A stretch of 64,000 nt of DNA, from positions 9,471 to 73,470 of IMG/VR virus record IMGVR_UViG_3300026484_000065; one strand, written 5' to 3'. Each line of letters starts with the position of its first letter. The first letter of the stretch is position 1. The stretch is from a virus. The position numbers and the translations under genes were made by a program. A model generated the notes under the pieces. That model worked only from the letters and a program-made list of their open reading frames with translations, made no database searches and had not been told where the DNA came from. Of this stretch, positions 55,964-64,000 are shown piece by piece.

Positions 55964-58900
55964 ATGTCAAGTCAAGAATTACTTTATGAATTAATGAATG
56001 CGGATAAAGTTAAAAAGCAAGCACAAGCTACTGCTCAAAGAGAATCTTATGATAAAGAACTCTTTGGGTACTTAGCTAAAGACGAAAATGCTTTCAGCAA
56101 AACAGACATTGCAGCTATAGATGGTACTGAATCAAGTGAAGCTGAATCTGTTCAAAGACATATGGATGGGTACGGTGCAAACTCTTACATATCTGAATCT
56201 GGTACTGTGTACCAAAAAGATGAAAACAACAATATAGTTGTTGATAGCGCTGGTATAGATTATGACACTGCTCAATATGCAAAAGATAAATTAAAAGCTG
56301 TTCAGGCAAAGAATCATATAGATAACGTAGACACAAAGATAGATGAGCTTATGAATAAGCAAGATTTATCAGATAGTGAAGAAATCCAGCTTATTGAATT
56401 GCAGAAAGAAAAAGAGTTAGCAACGACTCTAGATGATTCCAAAATGCTTGACAAGTCAGTAATGGATGTATCATCTTTAGTTAGCAAAACTGTTGGTACT
56501 GGAAAAACATCAAAAAAATTGCTTGAAGGCGGATATTCAACAATGGTATCTAGCGATGATGAGAAGTCACTAAGAGATGATACGTTTGGTACTATTGAAT
56601 CAATCAAAGGCTTTATGAATGTTGATGAGATAAGAAATAAATTAATTCAAAATCTCTCAAAAACAGGTGATACTACTCTACAAACAGAAGAGACTTTTGA
56701 ATCGTTTGATGCACTACTATCTTCAGTTGTTAATCTTACTGGTAAGTTTATAAAGGTTGTATCTCCTCAGGGGACATCTGTAAATAAGCTTGGGGAAAAA
56801 CTTGAAAGAAGAGCAGATGATATAGTTGGGTACAATCCAGAGGATGCAAATAAAGCATTAGCCGTATGGAATGAAGCTTGGGAGACTGGAGATACTCTAA
56901 AAATTCTTGGAGCAGGAATAGAATCAATCTATCTTGGTGGACCTCAAATGCTAGCTCAATCTGTACCGTATATGGCTGTTGCTGCTGGTGGAGTTGCAGC
57001 TGTCGGCTCTACAGTTCCAGGCGTAATCACTACAGCATTATCTATGGCCACTGTCGAACTCAATAACAGATTGGATAAAAGAGCAAACTATGCAGGAAAA
57101 GATTCGTCAGAAAGAGAGGCTTTAACATATAAAGAATTATCTGCTGCATATGCTGTTGAATTTGCAAATCAGTTAATACAATATGGTGCAATGGAGTTAA
57201 TGCTCAAAGGTGGAAGAATTGCTGGTAAAGAGATAGAGCCTACAAAGGTTATCTCTATGATAAAAAACAGTAAAAATGATATTGCTATCAGTACCAAAAC
57301 AAAAGAAGCAATGAAAACATTAACACCTGATGAGTTAACTAATGCTGTTGCTAGATCTACTGCTGGAGAATCTTTAATTAAAGTTCCAGAAGCTCTACAA
57401 AAAAGTATTGCATTTAATGTAGCTGCTACTGTAGCTAAGCACATGGCTGTTGGTGCTGAATTTGTTGGGGTACACTTCCTTCCAGAAGCTACGGCTGAGA
57501 TGCTAGACCAAGCTGTTGACATAATAGCTATTAAGTACCAAAACGGAGAAACAAAAGATAGAACATTTGTTGAACTACTTGAAGAGTCTCTTGGTGAAAT
57601 AGTATACGCTGGTGTTCAGGGTGGAGCTATGGGTGTTGGAGTCACAGCTGCTTCACGTGGAATAAGAAATGCAGTTGAGAAGAAAGATGAAGCTCTATCT
57701 GGTGATGTTGCTAAAAATACATTCGGTCATGATTTAGTGACTCCTGAGCTATTAAATGAAGACACATCAAAAGACTGGATGAATGTTCCTGAAGATGCAG
57801 ATAAAGCTCATATAGAAGAAGTTAAGAAAGCTGTTATCGATACAACTAGAGATACTATAGATGAATTCCTTAATGAAGAGTCTACAAGTGTTGATAAAAC
57901 TAATATTAGAAATAAGTTAGCTGTAAACGTTATAGATGCATTTCAATCAATAGCAGAGTCAGGGAACACTAACGAAGCTAAGAGCGTAAAAGACTATAGA
58001 CAGAGATTTACTAATATGTTAATGCAAACATTAGCTACTCATTACACTGCAAAAGAATCTTTGAAGATATTAACAGAGTTAGCAAAAGCAGAACCAAGAA
58101 CATCTGAAAGAACAGGAAAGCATCTTCAAGATTATGTTGGGTACGCAATAGCAAATACAAATATTTTTGGATTAATGAAAAAAGCTGCTGAACTTGAAGA
58201 AAAAGAAACACAAGGCTCTCTAAGTGATGGTACTAAGAAATCTTATGTTACAGCTGTAAACAATATGCTTGGAGAGTTTGCAGAGCTAACAAGTTCTGAC
58301 AACAAATCAGTAAAAGCATTAGCGACAATAGCTAAAGAAGCTAGAGACTTTATTGTTAGCAACAACAAGACTTTAACAGATAAGTCAGTAGCTGTTCTAA
58401 TGGATATGCTTAGTGGTACTGGAGAAGGTGGAAGATTATCTCTTAGCGATTATATAAAAGATGCAGCATCTGGCAAATTTGAAAATGATGAAAAGTTTGC
58501 TAACTTTATCAAATCAAGAATTGCAAAATCAGTTGATACAGTAAGCGGTACTGATTCATACAAGCCAGATTCTGAAGGGTTAAATTCTTTAACAAAAAAG
58601 AAAGGTTCTTCTAAGACAGAAGCTAATCCATACAAGACACAAGAGGAGATGCAGTCACTAGAGAATAAATTTATTCAAGAGATTGCTAAATTGTATACTG
58701 AAAACAATGGTGATTCTCCTGCACTTGTAGATTTGTATGCTGGATTGAATGATGTTAGTATGAGAACTTTAGCAAACAAAGAATTGATCAAAGAGGAATT
58801 CGGACTTAATGACGAAATAGCTGAAGAGCTCTATTCAAAAAGAGTACCAAAGCTTACGCCTAAGGAAAACAAAAATACAGATAGAACTAAAGATAGTGAA

Positions 58901-61900
58901 TCTAGTACCAAATCAAAAAGAACTCAGATTCAAGAAGAGATGAAGAAAGAGGCTGTAGATAATAAAGATAACATTAGTACCAACAATAATAAAAAAGATG
59001 TTCCTAGTAACGTAGTTCGTATTGGTGGAAATATTGCAACAAATGGAGTTAAGAAGAATGGTGAATCTGTAATCTATCAACTTGATGGCCACAACAAAAA
59101 CAAAGTTTATAAAGAGGCTACATATCAAGATGTTGTTGATACTTTAGTTGGTACTGATTATAAAGACTCAGCTGGTATGATTCTTGGCAATATCTTTAAT
59201 TTTAAAACAAAGAGCGGTAAGAATTTAAGAGAAGCAGCTTACTTTATTGATGAGTCTGGAATTGGAAGAACTTTTATTAAATTTGGCTCACACTACTATT
59301 CAATAACTGGCTTCAACAAAGATACTAAAAGATTTGAATTCCACAGATATACAAATAAAAGCGGAAAAGAACAACTCACAGACAAAAACTTTAAGTATAT
59401 AGATTTAACTAATCTGTTTAGCAAAAAGCAAAACGAAACAATTTCCGTAAGAGATGGTTCACACAAAATAGTTGATAGCTTAATGGAAGTTAAACAAGAC
59501 AAAAACGCTGAAACCAAGAAAGAGCCTAAAACAGAAACAAGACCTGAATCTGAACCTAAACCTGAAACAGATAAGTCTACGTCAAGCAAAGAATCTACTG
59601 GCAATGAAGACACTAACAAAGAAGCTAAGCAAGGAAAAGAGGAAGAAAAGAAACCTGCTCAAGAGAAACAAGATAAACAGAATGCAGAATCAGAGTCTAT
59701 CAAGGAAGAAGATGATGAAATAAAGATTGAGACAGAACCTACAAAACAAGAGTCTAAACAAGAGCCTATTGTGGTTTCAGAATCTAGTACCAACAAATAC
59801 AATAAGACGATAGAGCACATAAACAATATTATTAACAATAATACTGAAAGTGAATATGGAAAGATATCTTTCATTCAAAAATCTATTGAATCGTTAAAGG
59901 CTTTCCTGAAAAGCAAAACTAAATTTCAAGACCTTAATGCCAAAGATAAAAAATCAAATATTGATTTTAATACCCTAACAAATGGATTAAGCAAGAAAGA
60001 TGTAAACAGACTGCTTGACATTCTATATACGTTTAAAGACAACAATGTTGGTACTGCTAAAGAAGCTAAACAGTTTAACAATGAACTATATGAAGAGTTT
60101 GTGAGACTGAAAAATAAGACATCGAAGAAAAGCAGTAGGCTATCGACTTTTATAGATAGTGTTGCAAGCTCGACTACTATATCTGATTCTATGAAGGTTC
60201 TAAAAGAATCTATCGAAGAATATGTTGGGAACAAACTTCCGCAATTTGCTGGAGCTAAGCTTGGTGAAAAAGAAGTATTTGATTTGAGAGATGAACGTGC
60301 CTTTGAAGAGTTTATTAAAGAATACGTCCAATTTGATTCTATGAAACTAGAAGAAAAGCTTGAAGTATTAGCTAATTTAGATAACTTAGTTGTTATTGCT
60401 AAAATAAATTATATGATTGATAGTGGACTTATTGGTGATAAATCTTTTATTGGCTTATTATCTAAGTACCAAAACATACTAAGAGCCGAAGAAAACACTC
60501 CATATGTGTTAAAAGAAGATGGAACTGTTGAAACTGATTATCATGGAAACAAATTAGCTTTTATATCTTTTGCCAATTCTCCAAAGAATGATGATGGCAA
60601 AGTTAACTTTATGGTTAAAGCCAAAAAGATTAAAGAAAAAACTCTAAACATTTTCAATGGTCTTGTTTCTGCTGAAACAAAAGATGATGTCCTTACAGTA
60701 CCAAACATAAAAGAAAATCTAAAAACACTTGTTGATGATGACACTATTAATATAATGAAAGACACAATCAAGGACAATTTGTTCACTAGTGGAATATTTT
60801 TAGCATCAAGCAATGTTGCTCCATTGAAAACATTATTCGATGCTAGTTCTGGAAAAGGTTTTGTTATCACTGACAAAAACCCACTACATAAAATCATTAA
60901 CAATATGAGTTTGGAATTATTATCGAATATGTCATCTAGTACCAAACAAGATGAAAATAGCTTAGCTAGAATTCTAGGTCTTGATGGGTTTGAAGAAGTT
61001 GATTCTGCTAAATACAATGAATTCTATTCAGACTTATATAGGTTCAATAAAGAAGAAAGAACATTTGTTGGTACTGAGGAAATTAAAAGAATTGGCTCAA
61101 TGGTTGCAGATGTTGCAGGTATAGAATTAAATCTTAAAAATGCAACAAACATTGAATCTGAGAATATTTTTCATACGTCATTAGGTATGTTGGTACTAGA
61201 TAGATTAATTAGTACTGGAATAGTTAAGGCTGAGAATGTCGTATCAAATTATAGTGGTCAGTCGTACAGAACAATTATTATTCAAAATAGTATTTTTAAA
61301 GAAAATACAAAAGTTGTGTCTGCTATTGCAAAAACAGCAAATAGATATGCTGAGGTAAAAGAGCCTATTTTTGAACAAAATGAACAAGAACATGAAATTT
61401 TAGAACCAAAGCAAAAAGGAATGACTAAATTTCCTAAGAATTCATCAACTTATAAAGATGCAAAGAGAAAGTCAAATAAGCCTTACTATGCAAATAAGTT
61501 TTTTACTAGACTATTCACAAAAGGTGGAGATAGTGTTAATGAGGAGGCAAAAGAGAATCTTATGATAGCATCTGGCGCATATACTGATGAAGAAATAGAT
61601 GATATCGATAACCTAAGAATAGAACAATATATTCAGAAAAAAGGAAAATCTGATACTGTAGCTGAATTCTTCAATGTGATAGATGAATATGCATCTGAAC
61701 TAAATGAAGCATCAATGTCAGTGCCAGAAGCACAAAGACTAAAGATTTTCCTTAGACATGTAATAACTTCAACAGGAAGATTGTATGTTGACAGCAAACT
61801 TGATATTTATTCAAATAAAGTTCATAGATCAATATTAGCAGCCGAAGACGATCTTGAGTTCACATTAACTAAAGATAATTTTGAAACAATGATGCTTGGT

Positions 61901-64000
61901 ATTGCTCAACAAATAGGAATCGATATAGATAAGAAGAGCGATGGAAAAGCTTTAGAGGAATTAATCTCTAATTATATCTATTTTAACAAAGATGCAAAAA
62001 CGCTTAAAGAACTAGTTTCATCAATCAATATAATTGACATGGACCTAAAAGATGCATTTGATGGTATCTCTATATCAGATGATGGTACTATTGACATAGA
62101 TAAAGATACTGCAACATTCTCAAGAGACAATGAGGGATTATCAACGTTAAGAGCACTAACAACATTGTTTGACGTTATTGAACACAACAAGCAAAATGAA
62201 TCATATGAAGAAATAAGTGGCCTAGAGCCAATCCTAGAGCTTGACGGTATTACTTCTGGTGTTTCTATTCAGATGACATCAAACGGATTTGTTCATAATT
62301 ATACTGGCGTTCTGTCAAAAGAAGATGATGCTGTTAAAAAAGTGATGGAAGAAACTGGCAAAGATTTTGAAGAAGTGACTCATGGAGATATTAAGGATAG
62401 TGGGATAGATGATGCATATGAGCAGGTTGCAGAGCTATTGAAAAAATCAGTAACTCTTCTGTTTGACACAAAACAAGATATGTTTAAGAAGATTAAGGAA
62501 AAAGCTCCTAAGACAATAAGCAAGCATTTTGATAGTATCTTTGTACCACTATTTGATTCTGTAATAAATAATGATTTAGCAAATTACCTAAAAAGATCAA
62601 CTGTGAAGACCCCAACAACAGGAGCTGGATATGGAGCAGGTTCTGCCTCTGCGTTAAATTCATTCAATATAAACATAGTTAAAGAGATGCTGTATAAAAA
62701 AGCAGATATTGAAGCTAATGGAATAGAAGAAGTTGGGAAAACTATCGAGCAAATAGCTATAGGTTCAAAATTATTATCTATTAAAAATCAGATTGCAAGA
62801 GAGATAAAAAAACTAGGACATGAGCCTTCAAGTCAAGAGGTAGCCGAGATTTCCAAAAAGGCTTATACTTCTAGTACCAAAACTCAAACATCTGTGGCTA
62901 TCCCTATATTTGGTACAGAAGAAGAGGATGCAAGAATTATTAATGTTCCTGTAGAAGTTAACTTTAATAACGGAGTGCCTGAAGCCTATATTGTTTTAAA
63001 TGAGTACCAAACAACTCAATTCAATAAAGCATTTAATATCACAAAAAAAGGTTATGCAGTAGGAAGCAAGGTGAAGCTATCAACTTGGTTTAAAGGGCTT
63101 CAAAAAATTAAAGACAACAGAGATGAATATAATTTCTACAATAATCCTTTAGTGATTACTGAACAAACAATGCTTCAGCTTACTAAACTTTATAAAGATG
63201 TGTACTCTATAGATAAGAGCTTAACGAAAGTCTATGACGATGTATTGAAGTTCAGAATGAACAATAAAATTTCAATGAAATTAATTGGTGATGTTTTTGC
63301 TATTAGAGAATTTTTTATTGATACTGTCAAAGCATCAAACATTCCTGTATCTGACAAAATAAGACTAATAGCTAATATTGAAAAATTTGGCATCTCTTAT
63401 GGTTCTATGAATTCAACTGGAGAATATGAACTTAAATATGGAGAGTATGAAGCAAACGAGAAGTCAACAGTAGTTGGTGTTAATAGGAAGTTTGCAAATG
63501 CCTCTGAAACAAAAATAAGTGAAGCTGGCTCTCAAGTTGCACCATTAAACACTATTAATATTGATGCTAACGCAATAGCTAATCTAAATGATGTATTAGT
63601 AACAGCGTTTGATGCATTTAAAGTTGTTAATCCAGAGAGAGGTCATTCAGCTGCACATCAGGCAAATGAGAGATTTTCTGAGTCAACAAGAAAATTCAAC
63701 ACAATGATTTCTATGTTGAAAAAAAATATAGACTCAAGACAATTTGTACTAGAAAATGGTCTGGATAAAGAACTAAATACGTATGCGATTAAAGAGGGGC
63801 TTGAACTTGGAGGACTATTTGAAACAACTAATAAAAAATCAGAGAACCTACAATATGATACTAATTCATTAAATAAGCTACTGATTAACAAATATAGAAT
63901 GTTTAAAAATAAAATCAATTTTGGAAACTATTATTCTGTAGATACAATAGACGGAAAGCAAATATCGTATACGACAGATGGGTTTGAATTCAATGATATT
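55964..64000 (+). CDS. giant virion-encapsidated RNA polymerase (N4 gp50-like), >2670 aa, runs off the window (not in ORF track)
   Basis: ATG 55964; in-frame motifs TSTGRLY (61766), ELDGITSG (62237, motif A), KRSTVKTPTTGAGYGAG (62591, motif B), TAFDAF (63602, motif C). Confidence 0.92.
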   Translation, partial: MSSQELLYELMNADKVKKQAQATAQRESYDKELFGYLAKDENAFSKTDIAAIDGTESSEAESVQRHMDGYGANSYISESGTVYQKDENNNIVVDSAGIDYDTAQYAKDKLKAVQAKNHIDNVDTKIDELMNKQDLSDSEEIQLIELQKEKELATTLDDSKMLDKSVMDVSSLVSKTVGTGKTSKKLLEGGYSTMVSSDDEKSLRDDTFGTIESIKGFMNVDEIRNKLIQNLSKTGDTTLQTEETFESFDALLSSVVNLTGKFIKVVSPQGTSVNKLGEKLERRADDIVGYNPEDANKALAVWNEAWETGDTLKILGAGIESIYLGGPQMLAQSVPYMAVAAGGVAAVGSTVPGVITTALSMATVELNNRLDKRANYAGKDSSEREALTYKELSAAYAVEFANQLIQYGAMELMLKGGRIAGKEIEPTKVISMIKNSKNDIAISTKTKEAMKTLTPDELTNAVARSTAGESLIKVPEALQKSIAFNVAATVAKHMAVGAEFVGVHFLPEATAEMLDQAVDIIAIKYQNGETKDRTFVELLEESLGEIVYAGVQGGAMGVGVTAASRGIRNAVEKKDEALSGDVAKNTFGHDLVTPELLNEDTSKDWMNVPEDADKAHIEEVKKAVIDTTRDTIDEFLNEESTSVDKTNIRNKLAVNVIDAFQSIAESGNTNEAKSVKDYRQRFTNMLMQTLATHYTAKESLKILTELAKAEPRTSERTGKHLQDYVGYAIANTNIFGLMKKAAELEEKETQGSLSDGTKKSYVTAVNNMLGEFAELTSSDNKSVKALATIAKEARDFIVSNNKTLTDKSVAVLMDMLSGTGEGGRLSLSDYIKDAASGKFENDEKFANFIKSRIAKSVDTVSGTDSYKPDSEGLNSLTKKKGSSKTEANPYKTQEEMQSLENKFIQEIAKLYTENNGDSPALVDLYAGLNDVSMRTLANKELIKEEFGLNDEIAEELYSKRVPKLTPKENKNTDRTKDSESSTKSKRTQIQEEMKKEAVDNKDNISTNNNKKDVPSNVVRIGGNIATNGVKKNGESVIYQLDGHNKNKVYKEATYQDVVDTLVGTDYKDSAGMILGNIFNFKTKSGKNLREAAYFIDESGIGRTFIKFGSHYYSITGFNKDTKRFEFHRYTNKSGKEQLTDKNFKYIDLTNLFSKKQNETISVRDGSHKIVDSLMEVKQDKNAETKKEPKTETRPESEPKPETDKSTSSKESTGNEDTNKEAKQGKEEEKKPAQEKQDKQNAESESIKEEDDEIKIETEPTKQESKQEPIVVSESSTNKYNKTIEHINNIINNNTESEYGKISFIQKSIESLKAFLKSKTKFQDLNAKDKKSNIDFNTLTNGLSKKDVNRLLDILYTFKDNNVGTAKEAKQFNNELYEEFVRLKNKTSKKSSRLSTFIDSVASSTTISDSMKVLKESIEEYVGNKLPQFAGAKLGEKEVFDLRDERAFEEFIKEYVQFDSMKLEEKLEVLANLDNLVVIAKINYMIDSGLIGDKSFIGLLSKYQNILRAEENTPYVLKEDGTVETDYHGNKLAFISFANSPKNDDGKVNFMVKAKKIKEKTLNIFNGLVSAETKDDVLTVPNIKENLKTLVDDDTINIMKDTIKDNLFTSGIFLASSNVAPLKTLFDASSGKGFVITDKNPLHKIINNMSLELLSNMSSSTKQDENSLARILGLDGFEEVDSAKYNEFYSDLYRFNKEERTFVGTEEIKRIGSMVADVAGIELNLKNATNIESENIFHTSLGMLVLDRLISTGIVKAENVVSNYSGQSYRTIIIQNSIFKENTKVVSAIAKTANRYAEVKEPIFEQNEQEHEILEPKQKGMTKFPKNSSTYKDAKRKSNKPYYANKFFTRLFTKGGDSVNEEAKENLMIASGAYTDEEIDDIDNLRIEQYIQKKGKSDTVAEFFNVIDEYASELNEASMSVPEAQRLKIFLRHVITSTGRLYVDSKLDIYSNKVHRSILAAEDDLEFTLTKDNFETMMLGIAQQIGIDIDKKSDGKALEELISNYIYFNKDAKTLKELVSSINIIDMDLKDAFDGISISDDGTIDIDKDTATFSRDNEGLSTLRALTTLFDVIEHNKQNESYEEISGLEPILELDGITSGVSIQMTSNGFVHNYTGVLSKEDDAVKKVMEETGKDFEEVTHGDIKDSGIDDAYEQVAELLKKSVTLLFDTKQDMFKKIKEKAPKTISKHFDSIFVPLFDSVINNDLANYLKRSTVKTPTTGAGYGAGSASALNSFNINIVKEMLYKKADIEANGIEEVGKTIEQIAIGSKLLSIKNQIAREIKKLGHEPSSQEVAEISKKAYTSSTKTQTSVAIPIFGTEEEDARIINVPVEVNFNNGVPEAYIVLNEYQTTQFNKAFNITKKGYAVGSKVKLSTWFKGLQKIKDNRDEYNFYNNPLVITEQTMLQLTKLYKDVYSIDKSLTKVYDDVLKFRMNNKISMKLIGDVFAIREFFIDTVKASNIPVSDKIRLIANIEKFGISYGSMNSTGEYELKYGEYEANEKSTVVGVNRKFANASETKISEAGSQVAPLNTINIDANAIANLNDVLVTAFDAFKVVNPERGHSAAHQANERFSESTRKFNTMISMLKKNIDSRQFVLENGLDKELNTYAIKEGLELGGLFETTNKKSENLQYDTNSLNKLLINKYRMFKNKINFGNYYSVDTIDGKQISYTTDGFEFNDI

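Noticed and set aside
56115-63918. Many short minus-strand ORFs in the track
   Set aside because: They are antisense shadows of the single long + strand vRNAP frame
1-64000. Stop-codon reassignment
   Set aside because: Long genes are intact under code 11, and TAG, TGA and TAA all end genes at sensible junctions

Overview
An AT-rich (~30% GC) segment of an N4-like (Schitoviridae-type) phage genome. The host is probably a Campylobacterota, inferred from the Campylobacter-type dimeric dUTPase and TGnTATAAT late promoters. Positions 1-34060 are minus-strand early/middle genes: an unsplit T7-type RNA polymerase, AAA+/vWA pair, ClpX-like ATPase, dUTPase, RuvC-like and Cas4-like nucleases, SF2 and UvrD helicases, primase, Sak4-like ATPase, SSB, two ParB-domain proteins, and RepL-like and RHH proteins. 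Positions 34441-64000 are plus-strand late genes: gp69-like, terminase, tail proteins, lysis genes, portal, capsid, and a giant virion RNA polymerase that runs off the window end. The divergent junction at ~34100-34400 is the likely genome end. Main observations: (1) a tail-region protein carrying a colinear motif set of GH7 cellulases, a family known essentially from eukaryotes; (2) strong window-wide enrichment of TGGTACT/AGTACCA; (3) four covarying H-type pseudoknots in the early intergenic regions; (4) two ParB cassettes, each with its own upstream palindrome array and a branched GNA-triloop fold-back; (5) a holin-endolysin fusion; (6) a candidate non-hairpin phage promoter, AAGACAWGGAT. 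All family calls come from motif recognition by eye, with no database searches.
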